From assembly GCA_020137815.1 (NCBI GenBank), contig CM035353.1, positions 1,550,001 to 1,614,000 on the forward strand: 64,000 nt of DNA, read 5' to 3'. The notes beneath the pieces were generated by a model, which ran no database searches, was not told the origin of the DNA, and was given only the letters and a program-made list of their open reading frames with translations. This document shows positions 1-36,071 of this stretch, piece after piece. Position 1 is the stretch's first letter, and every line of letters starts with the position of its first letter. The position numbers and the translations under genes were made by a program. The DNA is from Hormiphora californensis (lineage: Eukaryota > Animalia > Ctenophora).

Positions 1-75
1 TATGAATTATATGCCCATATATGGGCATACATCGGCCCACGTAATTGGGCCAGGGTAGGACTAAAATTTTTAGCT

Positions 76-687
76 ATTGGGTGCGCCTCAAGTAAGGGTT
101 TTTTGATAACCCACCCGGCTTCGCCGGGTGATTCTTTTCGCCACTTTCAACGTCAATAACACGGTTGTCATGGCAACTGAATTGGTAACTATGGGGACTT
201 GCATGTTAAAAGTCATTAGAAAATATTAATAAACTTCCACTGGAAGTTCATAAAGTGTGAGCAACAGCTTTAAAGCTTTGGGCATATAAAGTGTTTTATG
301 AAGGAGCAGCCTGTCGCTTAGATACCGCCTAACGAACGACTTCGACTTCGACGTTCATCTCCAAATTATAATAGAGACTAGCGCACCCATTGGGTGCGCC
401 TCAATATAAGGGCTTTTTGTTAACCCACCCGGCTTCGCCGGGTGGTTCTTTTCGCCCCTTTCAACGTTAATAACACGGTTGCCATGGCAACTGAATTGGT
501 AACTATGGTGACTGGCCTGTTAAAAGCCATTCGAAATATTGAGAAACTTCCATTGGAAGTTCCAAAAGTGTAAGCAACAGCTTTACAGCTTTGGGCACAT
601 ATAGTGTTTTATGAAGGAGCAGTCTGTCGCGTAGATACCGCCTAACGAACGACTTCGACGACGTTCATCTCCAAATTATAATATAGA
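76..687 (-). mobile_element. Two head-to-tail copies of a ~310-bp non-autonomous Helitron (76-377 lacking its 3' end; 378-687)
   Basis: On the minus strand the unit begins TC(T/A)TATTATAA and ends with a GCGCACCC/GGGTGCGC hairpin plus CTAG. The junction at 377/378 is CTAG|TC. The same element occurs at 59240-59554. Confidence 0.75.
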
Positions 688-1095
688 TGATCGTAGGAAC
701 TCATTCTAGGGGTAAACTATGTGAAAATTGGATTTGATTTACGAGTTGGGAAAAATAGCACACCCTGTGTAGGCGTTACTGCAAAACATGAACCTATATT
801 ATAATAAGGCTGTGCACACCTGTTGTTGCAAAACATGAACCTATATTATAATAAGGCTGTGCACACCTGTTGCAAGAGTGGTGATCCATGAAAGTGCAGT
901 GATCCCTGCAGTGCAGTAGTAGTGTAATACACCCTACACTGTATGATATATAGTGCTGTAATAAAGCAACTAGGTAGTACTGTACTGCAGTTCAGGGACA
1001 TTACACATTACGCAGCTGTTATAGTGGTAGGGGACAATCTTTGAAAATGTTTATCTTCGATAATATTCGATATTATTCTTTTCGATGGACTATCT

Positions 1096-3139
1096 GGGGG
1101 GGGGGGCCCGCGTATTAAAATGTCCTTTAATGTCCCTCGATTTTTGGGTCATTAAATTATCCGTGTTTATTTAGGCCATTAAAGGACATTAAAGGACATT
1201 AAAAGACATTAAACTATAACTTCCAAAAACCATTTCACAATGTGTTACCAAACATTTCTACCACCAATGTACTACTAAAGGTCCTATCTTTCGATTCCAA
1301 TGAATGTTCATAAATGTTCAGTGGTGATTGGGCTTGCTTTTGCGTGGGACGTGGGTGCGGTACCTTTTTTACATGTGCATATTTCTAGCCTAGACGATAT
1401 CACAAAATCATCTTATGAAACGAAGTCATAAAAGTGAGAGAGAACAGCTCCGATTTTGATGAAACTTGGTCAGAATAGTGTTTGGTGTCTAAATTTTAGT
1501 GCTCAAATCCTAAATTTACGATTTTTAGGTTTTTTAGGTTTTTTTGGCATTTATGGGTTTCAGGAACGTCCTAGAACAAAATGAATAGAACCATCTTTCT
1601 CGGCGTAAAATTCTGCATCGATTTTAGTGGCTATAAACCTTTCTATGACGTAATGTTCCGAAGTCATCCCTGTCTGGCGCCGCGACCCATCTATCTATCT
1701 ACGGAGTGCCTGGGCTTGCCAACGGCAAGCCCACAGGGGACTATCGCAAAGCGATATCGCCGGCACTAGGAGAATAGCCCCCCTCCCCTCCCCCACCATC
1801 AGGAACTGCCCACAGGACAGGTTCCATTATAGGTGGCTTCGGGTTCGGGAGGGTAAACTCCTTCGAGAGTCGCAGGATATTGATTCTTCTTCCCTATGAG
1901 TCTTGGATCTTTGGCTCTCTATCCCTGCGACAGGTGGGGATGAGTTCTTCTGATCTTTCTCTTGGTTCTTGAGTTTATTTGCTTTCTCGATTAGCTTGAT
2001 GGCTACCGCGGTATATATTATTTGTGTAATGTGAGACCTATCTGTCTGATTAGGATCAATTAAGTCCGATTAGGTTAGAAGGCTGAACTAGCAAGGATTT
2101 GTTCTCAGTCAACAGTTTTGTTTAGTATGTATATATTGGTGGTGGGCGGGGCGGTTCGGGGCGGGTGGAGGGTATCGCGTAGTGGGGGAGAGAGAGAGAA
2201 CGAATCTTGAACTATAGAAGGGGAGAGAGAGAGAGAGTTAATCTCATGCGACACGCGACCCATCTGAGCACACTGAGAATCAAATTGAGGTCTGGCGCCG
2301 CCAGACAGAGTCATCCCAAAAAATCCCAAACGGGTACATGTCATAGGGGCGGGTACATGTTTTAGGCTAAAGGGCGAACCTCTTGTCAGACCACCATGTT
2401 ATCTGTCTGGCGCCGCGACCCATCTGAGCACACTGTCAAATTGGGGTCTGGCGCCGCCAGACAGCATGTTATAAGTACTCAATCGACGTTTATTGATGAG
2501 GAAATCATTTTAGTGAAAACCATTTTGATCTGCGATGTCTGTGTAACGAATAAAACCTAAAAAACCTTACCACTATAACTTCTGAACCTTACGTCATAGA
2601 AAGGTTTAAAGCGACTATAATCGATGCAGAATTTCACGCCGAGAAAGATGGTTCTATTCATTTTTTTATAGGACGTTTCTGAAACCCATAAAAGCCAAAA
2701 AACCTAAAAAACCTAGAAAAACCTAAATTTAGGATTTGAGCACTTAAAAAATTTTTGACTTCTAATTAGACACCAAAGACCATTCTGACCAAGTTTCATC
2801 AAAATCGGGGCTATTTTCACTTTAAAACCTTGACATTCAGTCAAAAACTACAAAATTTCCGTGGTTCGCTTAGAGGTACCGCACCACCCTAAAATGATGC
2901 TTAATCACCCCCAACATCTATGGTATTGGTTGGAATCGATAGAGGGGACATTAGGAGTAAATATTAAGTGGTTGAAAACACCATTTTAGTTTAATAATAG
3001 CTGAAAATTCATGTTTTAATTAAATGTCCTTTAATGTCTTTTAATGTCCTTTAATGTCCTTTAATGTCCCAGGGACATTAAAGTCGGACGTGTTTATTTA
3101 GGACATGGATATTAAATTCACGCGGCCCCCCCCCCCCCC
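1096..3139. mobile_element. Non-autonomous DNA transposon with long imperfect inverted arms (MULE-like)
   Basis: G-run-CCGCGT / ACGCGG-C-run termini, flanked by direct repeat GACTATCT(G) at 1088 and 3140 (8-9 bp TSD). Internal blocks at about 1430-1660 and 2560-2830 are inverted copies of each other. Confidence 0.7.
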
Positions 3140-4296
3140 GACTATCTGCATACACAATTCAATGCAAAATATTACATTGAGTCAGGATGGGTGTAACAGT
3201 GTTGCAGTAACACGTGTTTTGTATACAAGTTTTGAAAAACAAGTCCATAACTTTTCACACTCTCTTTCTATAATATCCCTCACTCTATCTAGTTTACCCG
3301 AACATACACCGGAACACTAGTCAGAGACAACATTTATCTGGCCTGGAGTATATATTCAATTGCTTGCTGCATGTTAAGCTCACAGCTGGGGGTGACTGAG
3401 TGTGTTTCTCACTATAAGGATATACACTCACGCTATACTTTAATAGGATTTAAAATCTCCCTTGGTCGTCCGGGGAGTTAGGTTCGGCAAACACCAACTT
3501 TTACTTAAAACCTCTTTGGAGCGAACAAAACCAACACACACACACACACACACATACACGCATAGATTCTTAAACAAACAAACAAACACAGTACAAACGA
3601 CATGAAGCGACGTACATATAAGTGTAATTACAGATCGATCTAGACAAATCATGGTCGTCTAAATAAACAAAATATTCAACATTAATTGTTCGCATAGATA
3701 CATGAGGTGAGATGATATTAGTCAAGTGTACGGTCAATAGTGGTCTTGACTATAATAATATTGGTGACATTTGTATTTGTTTACATTCTGACCTATATAA
3801 TTTTGTGCAAATGCAACCACAATATCATCTTGCAAACAGGTACCCCCTCCTCCCCCCCCCCTCCCACCGGTGGGTGGCCACCCCACTGCCCCGATTGGAT
3901 GAGATTAGATTATATTGCATACTCGACCGATCACAATCCCAGATCAGCATTCGCCTGCATTCAGCAACATAGATACGAATGTATTATGTGCTCAAATGAG
4001 GTACATATAGATAGCATGACCAGATATATTCTGTAGACCCTCAGCTACCACGTACAAGTGGTGGTTTCCCGTAGCATGCTAGGTCGAGTGACACGACCGT
4101 CGTGTTGAAGCTTTACCAGGCACACGGTGCAAATAGCTTGGTATTAGGGATACTTTAGCATTGTAAAACCGTGAAATGACATGCTCCTGAATTGTTTTGT
4201 TCAAACCTTTTTGTCGAACAAGGCAACTCCTGAACTGACTGCAGTGATATTGAAAAGTAAAGCGCAGTATAATTAGCTGTGATAATTGTCACTTAC

Positions 4297-5199
4297 CGCC
4301 CCGAAGAGTGGGATGTCCACAGATCCCCAGGTATCAGCCGCCCAGTGGACAAGACCCGACATGAAATCTGCCAGCAGTGCACCGAACACTGCAAAACAAT
4401 TATAATGTCATGACTCATGGGGTTGAAAATGGGGTATTTTACTATTTTATAGAGAATCCCGCAATGTCGAGTGTTTATATAGCACTATAACACCACCACA
4501 AACATTGCTAGCACTTCTAGTTTTGTGCTGTTGCACCTCCCCCGTATGAACATTGAACAATACAATCCTAGTTTTGTAGTAACAGCTCTAGTTATAGACA
4601 ATTGATAAAAAAAGTTTATAACTCACCCAGTTATAACCTCTAGTTATAGACAATTGATAAAAAAAGGTTTATAACTCACCCAGTGACATGACAAATGCAG
4701 CAAAGTTATCCTTCTTGAAGTAGAGGATTACAATCACAGTGAGGGTAGTCTGGAGTAGGGTGAAGATGACCATCTGGGAAATTTCAAACATCCTCTTTTC
4801 TAAAAATAATATATTGTCATAGCAAACATGTGCAGCTCATTCGGTGGGAACTGATCTGAGTGTTAGCCAGGTTCCATTGGCCCGAGTACCAAGTACTATG
4901 TGCAGGGCCTGTCGAGAGAAATAACATACCTTTTGTGTATCCAGCCTTCAGTTTCTCAGCACTTTTTGTGTTTTTCTTAAGTACTGGTTTTTCGTTTTTT
5001 ACCCTCTTGTTAACGTACGCTGAATAAAGAAATGTAGTATATTATACATGTTATAGTATGTCAGTCGAACACAGATAAAGTAGTTTTGCAAATAAGAACT
5101 ACCATTTGATGTTTCTGCTGATATGAGAGGCAAAGACTCTGGCTTGACGGACTTCCCAAACTCCACGGCCATGTCCTTAATAACTTTAGGAGTTTCCAT
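4297..5199 (-). CDS. PEDS1: Plasmanylethanolamine desaturase PEDS1/TMEM189, first four coding exons; remaining exons not found (probably left of the window)
   Basis: Spliced reading METPKV...SN / AYVNKR...KLKAGYTK / [13 protein letters not shown]...FVMSL / [31 protein letters not shown] matches the TMEM189 motifs Y..GKR and ADF.SG.VHW.ADTWGS. GT-AG introns are in phase. Confidence 0.9.
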
Positions 5200-6116
5200 G
5201 ACCTAAAGTTTTAGTGGAGCAATAAGTGGCACTATTCATCTAGTTACATACATGATTACATGAACTGTTGAAATAATCATACAACTCCCATGGGATCCCA
5301 TCATAGAAATATTGAATATGAAACCGGCCGCACTCCGTCCCAATTTTTCCGTTACAGGTCATAGCTCCACAGTTCACGACCGGATAAGATAGAGACTTCA
5401 GATTTGTAAGTTAGGATGCATACTAAAATACAAATACAATTATAATTTATATCCCGCTTTTGGGCCTATGCATTGTTAGTGCTAGGAGGACGCCGTTTCA
5501 ATCAGTCGATTGAAGCAACGCACCCACCACTAACAAGCCTTCTAAAGCGGCTCTTATAGGATTATAAGATCCTAAAGGCCTTAAAAAACCGTCGGCAGTC
5601 ATTCGATATAATATATATAAATGTATGTAGAAAATAAGGGTTATAAAATATCTAATTAAGAAATAGCGTAATTAATTCGTTGAGTGATTAAGTAGTTAGA
5701 TAATTGAGAAATTAACTAGTTAGATAATTGATAATTAACTAGTTAGATAATTAACTAGTTAGATAATTAACTGTTGATTAATAAGTACATAGTGTAAATA
5801 CTAAGTAAGTAGTATAGTTTAATAATTAATTCAAGTAAAAGGCTAGTGATCTAAAAAGGAGGCGAATAGCTAAGTAATTAGTTAATGGATAAAGTAACTG
5901 TAACAGGATAACCGATAAGGTAATACACACTAACCATATACTTTAAGTTCTTCCCAATCTATTTTAAGTCTCTATCTTACCAGGAACTGAAGTTTTTTTT
6001 ATCTCAAACAAACAATAAATTACAATCTCAAACACAAATCGAGGGTTGGCGGACAGTTAAAAAATCCGACTTTTTCCAAGATGACCAAAATTTCAATCGC
6101 TCTTGATCTTGGATTA

Positions 6117-7025
6117 AAGTCCGTTTCAAGCGACTTGACCCGTAAAGTCCATTTTTATTCAACTGTTCACCCTCCAACTCGTGCGCGTGCGATATTTTAA
6201 TTTACTACTGCGCGCGCTATACGTTAACATGTGATAGACGCGCAAAACAATTCCGCGCACGACTTTGGGGGGTGAACAGTTGAAAAAAAATGGAGTATAA
6301 TTCTTGGAATTTGGCGCATTGCTTGGCATACGTTGCAGGCCCCTTATAATATAATATAAGGGGCCTGGAGGGAATACCGCGCTGGGGGGGAATACATAAT
6401 CAATCATATCTCCGGTTCCAGATAAGGTACAGAAATTGTTTTGGTAGCGTTGGAAAGAGGAAGATAAGAGCTTTTAAATGCAACCGGTTTCAGGTCTCTA
6501 TCTTATCAGGAACAGGAGATATGAACCAAACTCCGCAAAATCGAGTGCGGTAAAATCGAAATTTGAATGAAATTTAAAAAAGGTGTCCCTGCAGGAATCT
6601 GTGACGTCACTTTTTGAAAACAACCCATCTTTCAACGGCTATTGCTCAGCCTCCTTAAGTCCAATTAACTTCTCTCAAAAACAGCAAGGTAGATAATCGT
6701 CAGATCTAACAACTGGTGAAAGAATCAAGTCAAACGGACTACAGGAGCCAAAGTTATAAGCACCGCCGTTTTTTCGACCGCAAAGTTATCTTCGACCCAG
6801 CTGGGCTCAGGCCAAACGCGCGCGCGGCATTCCCTTCAGTCCCCTCGTTGCGGGGGTGCGCGCATGAGGGGGCTGCAGCGCATTCCAAGCGCATTGCGCG
6901 TGTATTTACAAAGGGGAAATCCTTTGGCAAACGTTGCTGGCCCCCGATAGCGGGATGAGGCAGCGCTTTTCAAGGAAATCCTGAATTTCCAGGAATCTCA
7001 GGTCAAGTCGTTTGAAACGCACTTT
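6117..7025. mobile_element. Putative non-autonomous TIR element
   Basis: Imperfect terminal inverted repeats AAAGTCCGTTTCAAGCGACTTGACC / GGTCAAGTCGTTTGAAACGCACTTT; no coding capacity. Confidence 0.5.
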
Positions 7026-7049
7026 ATATATTGCGCGGCGCGATCATTT

Positions 7050-7194
7050 TAGTGGAAGCTCTTACGGTATTTCCCACGACCGTGGGAAAAGAGAGATAGA
7101 TAGAAATAGTAAGAGAGAGCAATTTCTCTCTCTTAGTAATTCTATCTATCTCTCTTTTCCCACGGTCGTGGGAATACCGTAAGAGCTTCCACTA
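7050..7194. mobile_element. Palindromic 145-bp MITE
   Basis: Near-perfect hairpin TAGTGGAAGCTCTTACGGTATT...AATACCGTAAGAGCTTCCACTA. Confidence 0.7.
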
Positions 7195-8163
7195 TTTCGA
7201 ATTTTAACATCTGCACTGCATTATCCGGGGCTGCGCGTGACGCCGCGCAGTTCAAGCCAAGCAATTATATTTTTAATCCGCAGCAAAAAAAATCCGCAGA
7301 CCGCAGCAAAAACTTTTTCGAAATCTTGTTCAGCGACTTTTGGAAACTGGCAACTGCACATGTTTAAAGGAAACCCAAGCCCTTGAAAAGCGCTGCCTTA
7401 TCCCGCTCTGTAGATTATGTTAAGTTCTTCATATCTTCAAAATTTTAAGTCCATCTCATCAGGGGGTAGACCGTAGAGAAATGACCGGGGGAAATTCCAA
7501 AAAACCCAAATGAGGGCTATAATTGGTGCTTGAGGTTTTCTTTAAATTCTCAAAATTCATCCGTGTTATTCCGCACAGCGAGAGGCCTGTAGGCTGCAAG
7601 ATGTGTCGAGAAATCCGCAACCCAATCAACAATATCCCTCACAGAGCCGACAAGGTCTCACTTACGTATTGTGATTTGTCAATTGGTCATAGCTCCACAT
7701 ACCTGTTGCTGTTAGAACTCTGCGTATATTTAAATCTCTGCTTGTTCTATGCCACATTTATCTTACTTTAAAAAAATTAAAGATCTACATATTCGACAAG
7801 ATAGGAAGTACGCCGGTCCGTTAAACCATCGTATATAAACCAATGTATGCTTGAGAAATATCAGTGCTGCATAAAATACCGGATTGCAACTACTAACCAC
7901 GCTGTCCATCAAGCACAATAATTTCCCTTGCTGAGATCAAGAGCAGGAGAGAAAGGGAAATTTAAACATCAGCCATGCACAAAACGATATTGATGCGGTG
8001 TTTTTAACAACACTTGAGATCCAGATAAAGATAATGGAAGAGAGAAAAAGAAAAGTTAAACAAATTCAGACGAGTGCAGTTTTACAAGTCCACAATTCAC
8101 TTGGTCTCGCAGATTACTCCTCTCGCTCGTTGTGCTCGTGTCTTATATCTCCGCCCCATCATC

Positions 8164-9167
8164 ATGTCTGTCATTGTGAATGATAAAGGTTTGACTTTGC
8201 AAATTTCAATCTCATTATCAATGATTGAGAGCTCCTGTAAATCCTACCTCTCTGGTGATTCTCTTTCTCTCTTTCTAGGTAGTGTTGGGTCAGCCTACAT
8301 TGCTCTGCCAGGGCCTCACTACCGGAACAACCCTCATCCTAAACAGGACTTTCTCCTGTGGAGAACACCTAGGAAACAGTGGCCCATGAAGGAGGCAGAA
8401 AAAAGTAGGTGCTCGATATTTGTGTAATTCCGGAAACAAATAACCAAGTCTCTCGTTATATCAACTGATCCGTGAAGGAATGGGAGGGAAAATAGTTGTT
8501 TTGTTCAAACCCGGCCCATGGAAAAAGAATCTTGAACAAGAAAATAAATGTTCCTCTTAAAGAATATAACACTGTGAAACTTTCAGAAGTTGAAACCAAG
8601 GAAGGGCAAGCCTGTAATCAAAAGTAAGTTCAAAAAGACACTAAAACAAATATTCATATTCTGTGTACTCTGCCGATTACTTTCATATTGATTAATCAAA
8701 GTCATCCATAGTCGTAATAACACTCTCCCCCATACTCGCCTGACAACCCTCCTGCCTCCAGCCTCCCCCAATCTCACCTCACAGCCTCCCCCAAAATCAC
8801 CTGACACCCTCCAGCCTCCTCCAAACTCACCTGACACCCTCCAGCCTCCCTCAAAATCACCTGACACCCTCCAGCCTCCCCCAAACTCATCTGACACCCT
8901 CCAATCTCACCTGACACCCTCCAGCCTCCCCAATCTCACCTGACACCCTCCAGCCTCCCCAAACTCATCTTACCCCCTCCAGCCTCCCCAAACTCATCTG
9001 ATCTCCCCAGGGCCGTTGAAAAGAAACAGGTTAAAGCAATAACAGTGGAATCACAAGGCAACACCAGTGGGGTGTTCCACTCTGGAGCGGTATTCAGTAG
9101 ACCCCGTGCAGACAGGGGAAGACACTGGGCTATCCACCCGGAGTGGCCCATCGACGTGAAAGAATAA
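8164..9167 (+). CDS. Candidate 4-exon small gene (~114 aa) of unknown function
   Basis: Phase-consistent GT-AG splicing gives MSVIVNDK/GSVGSAYIALPGPHYRNNPHPKQDFLLWRTPRKQWPMKEAEK/KVETKEGQACNQ/KAVEKKQ...RADRGRHWAIHPEWPIDVKE*. No homologue recognised. Confidence 0.45.
8735..9010 (+). repeat. ~30-bp tandem array of acceptor-like units (CTGACACCCTCCAG) ending at the last acceptor of the candidate gene
   Basis: About 9 copies of CTCACCTGACACCCTCCAGCCTCCCCAAA, followed by CTCATCTGATCTCCCCAG|GGCC. Confidence 0.8.
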
Positions 9168-9473
9168 TTAATTTGATTTAAGCCCCGCTCCCCGATTTTA
9201 TTTTCGTCTGTCTTAATGAGATCAGATGATCGCCCAATATCGGACACATAGGTTATGATTTGTTTCATGTACAAAATAATATGTAACTAATAGATTTTAT
9301 TTATATTCTGAGAATCGGCTCGGTTAATGGTGTGAGAATTTCATTTATTTGATAGTTAATTTATTGTAGTTGAACCTTTTATTTTTTCGAGAGCCATACA
9401 AGTGTGTAATGAATGCTTCTTTCTCACAGCGAAATTCTAATGCACACACCCTCATACATAGCAATTAATGTTG

Positions 9474-9474
<1 letters not shown>

Positions 9475-9529
<55 letters not shown>

Positions 9530-9565
9530 CTCTATCTATCTCTCTCTCCCTCTCTCTATCTATCT

Positions 9566-9599
<34 letters not shown>

Positions 9600-9700
9600 G
9601 TCTCTCTCTCTCTTCTCTCTCTCTATCAGCACTCATCCTCTCTCTTTTTCTCTCTCTCTCTACTCTATCCCCCTCTCTTTCTCTTCCCTATCCCTCTGAT
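9475..9700. repeat. (CT)n microsatellite; similar CT/GA tracts near 12510, 13300-13930, 16225, 21840, 25215, 34320 and 53365, and (CTAT)n at 19240-19350
   Basis: Direct inspection. Confidence 0.95.
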
Positions 9701-10637
9701 TATTGGCACTCATCTGCTGTTCTGCTTGGCTTACAGCTGGTTCACCAAAATAGTTTACAAATTAGCTATAAACTCTACTATTGGACTATCTATACCCTAA
9801 CTATAGATTTTTTCGAGATTTCTCAGCACCCTCGAATTGATTTCTGATCAAACCAGAATTTTGCTGGTGTAACTGAGACTTTAATTTGACAAGTTTTGTA
9901 CTATGTAAACCCAAAGTTTATGATGGTTAGATGGTGTTCTTCTGTCAAATCAAAAAACTACTGGAAAGCCTAACACCTGCTCGAAATGGTTAAGTGTTCC
10001 GACAGTTTGTATGGAAATTTGGGCACGGACAAACTAATCATATAAAATTGGGTTGAATAGAAAAACCAAGAATTAGAAGTCTACACCAGAAAAATCTATG
10101 TAGTAGAGCAGAAAAAACCAAGGGATGTGAGAGCCCGAAAAACAGAGAACTGAAGAGGAGATAGAAGAGCAAGAGAGTCATATAAGCAATTTCTCAATTT
10201 TTTTGTGAACCAAGTTTTGTAAAGACGTAATATATCAGTTTTTACATACTATTTGAATAATTATAATATTATAATGCGTTTACGATGAAAAATGAATGTT
10301 AATTCCCGATGTGCATAAAGACGTTGATAGTCGAACCTTTTTTAACAGTATGATACTACGAATATGTACTTGCTTCAGTATAGTAATTACGGATACAATA
10401 ATTCGCAGTTTCTTTCCCGGGACCAATCTATAAGTTTTTTCGGACGATGGCCACCGTAAATTACTTTTGGGGGGGGTATCTTATTCAATGTTAATTCTTA
10501 TAACATATTATATTCATTTCTATATAAATAAAGTTCCAGTTTTTCTCATAATCTTTTTTATTTTGTTACCACATTTTGATTACATTTCCGTCACTGTCAT
10601 GACGTACACTATAATATTCCAATGATATTATATTTAA

Positions 10638-11088
10638 AGGTTGACAAGATACCTAAAACTTTTCGTATATCGTCTTATTTTGATTTATCATTAATTTTCA
10701 GCATTTTTTCAGAATTTTTTGTCGGCTAGAAAAAAAATTCGAAATAGGGGGTCTACCGATATTGTCAGCACTGGTTTTACTGGGCACACTCACTGCGTCT
10801 CGCAAATTGAAATTCACGTTTCCGGTTCCTCAAAAGATAAAGACTTGATCTTGGTTGCGTTGGATTGGTCTCAATAAGACCTTTCCAACGCTACCAAAAC
10901 GGTTTCTGTATCTCATCAGGAACCGGAGATATTACGTTATCAATTTTTAAAAAGGCACACTCATTTGTCAGTAGACCCCCTATTTTGCACATATTTCTAG
11001 CCGACAAAAAATTCTGAAAAAATGCTGAAAATTAATGATAAATCAAAATAAGACGATATACGAAAAGTTTTAGGTATCTTGTCAACCT
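10638..11088. mobile_element. Kolobok-like MITE immediately upstream of the CHD start codon
   Basis: TTAA|AGGTTGACAAGATACC...GGTATCTTGTCAACCT|TTAA; perfect TIRs of about 90 bp; TTAA TSD with purine-purine termini. Confidence 0.8.
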
Positions 11089-11113
11089 TTAATACTAATC
11101 TCGTTGTAGTAGT

Positions 11114-34147
<23,034 letters not shown>

Positions 34148-34296
34148 CTGGAAAGAGCTGCCTGAAAATGAGAGAGAGATTGGATGATGTCAGAAACAGT
34201 AAAAGAAAGAGAGAGATTCTAGATTTATTATTCAAATATAACACTGGTGTTGTTAGTACTTCTCTCTAGTCTATCTAGCTCCTGTGTATGTGAGTT

Positions 34297-34342
<46 letters not shown>

Positions 34343-36071
34343 TATAAGTATATGTAATGTGTATGGAAGAACCCAAGAGAAAGGAAAACAGTTTTGATGA
34401 CACACCCCTTTTTATTGACCTCTCTATTTATCCTTAACAATTCTAACTTTTAAATTGACGAGTTTTCATGTCTGAACTGTATAAAAACTGGGTCTGCTGC
34501 TCTTATTTCCGGTTTCCCGCCCCTGGCTAATCTGTTAGGATGGAAGGAGGGAGAGGGGAACAAAGAAGGGATTTGTATGGGATGGAACGCGCGGAGCTAA
34601 GATTGTTACAAAAGGTGCGCGGGGCCGCGCGAAATGAACAATCGAATTAAGGTCCTTGAGAGGAAATCGCGTCGGAGGAAGATCGCCATCGCCAACCTAG
34701 CCTGCACTGAGCTTGTTACGTGAAGTGAATAAGAAGAGGATAAGAAGAATTATCAAGACCGTGAATTAATTAATTTATTGTTTCTATTTTCAAAATTAAG
34801 GTCCTTGTCAGTGCATGGCAAAATGTGCGCTGACAAGGCCTTGTCAGTTGTCATCCCTCACAGGGCCGTTAATTCTAGGGGTCAACGATTTGGCTAGGGT
34901 ATGAGAGAGACCCTCAATTCTCTCTAAGTATGAGGGGTTAATTATACTGCTGTCTGTTCTGAACACTGTTGTCTGTTCTGAACACTGCTATCTGTAATTC
35001 TGAACACTGTTGACTGTTCCGAACACTGAAGTCTGTTCTGAACATTGTTGTCTGTTCTGAACACTGCTGTCTATTCTGAACACTGCTGTCTATTCTAAAC
35101 ACTGCTGTCTGTTAAGTTCTGAACACTGTTGACTGTTTTGAACACTGTTCTGAACACTGTTGACTGTTCTGAACATTGTTGACTGTTCTGAACACTGTTG
35201 TCTGTTCTCAACACTGTTGTCTGTTCTGAACACTGTTGACTGTACCGAACACTGTTGTCTGTTCTGAACACTGTTGTCTGTTCCGAACACTGCTGTCTGT
35301 TCTGAACACTGCTGACTGTTCTGAACACTGCTGTTTGTTCTGAACACTGCTGTCTGTTCTGAACACTGCTGTCTGTTCTGAACACTGTAGGGATTAAATC
35401 TTATATCTTAGTTAGCTGATATTGATTACATCGGACACCAGCCTGAAAGAGTTAGATAACTAGAGCACCATGATGTGATCAGGTCGGGTCAGATGTAAAC
35501 ATGTCGGGAGAAAATATAGAGACAGAAGTCTGTTATGAGTCAAGAGTTATAGTTCCAATGATCACATTTGTGTGAACATTTGAGGCGATAGCTCAGAGAG
35601 ATAACTCGCCGAAATGATCACAATAGACCGCTCGTGTTGGTGGAGCTTTAGTCACCAATCAGGTAATCAGTGTGAGACCAGTACGAGACGGGACAGTATA
35701 TAAGACCAGGACTGTAGAGCACATCTTACGATCATCTGACGATCATCTTAGAACGACTTAGACTTACAGTTGTATATCTTGAGTGACATTGTAACATTAT
35801 CACTATTAGACTCCCAAAAGACAACGACTCATTACTTGGTACCAACATCAGCCATCCAGCGACAGACATCAATATACGAGACAGCCAACAATCCACTCCT
35901 AACAACACAACACGAACTAACTGGGTTATACCGAAACATAAGACAAATAGTAAACACAACAATTGGTGCTGTGACCTAACTACTGTTGTGTTTGGAGCCG
36001 GAGTCACACATGAGTGACGGACAGTTCATCCGAAAGACCCACATACAGAGACCCCCACATTCATCATCGGC

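Noticed and set aside
780-915. Minus-strand 39-nt mini-exon with a duplicated CAG|GTGTGC donor as the next PEDS1 exon
   Set aside because: The phase-0 translation (GSLHFHGSPLLQQ) does not match the expected FIRPFREHH motif; cannot be assigned.
10900-10921. Minus-strand CTGATGA...GAAAC resembling a hammerhead core
   Set aside because: No stem II pairing; it is internal MITE sequence that differs in the related copy near 6415.
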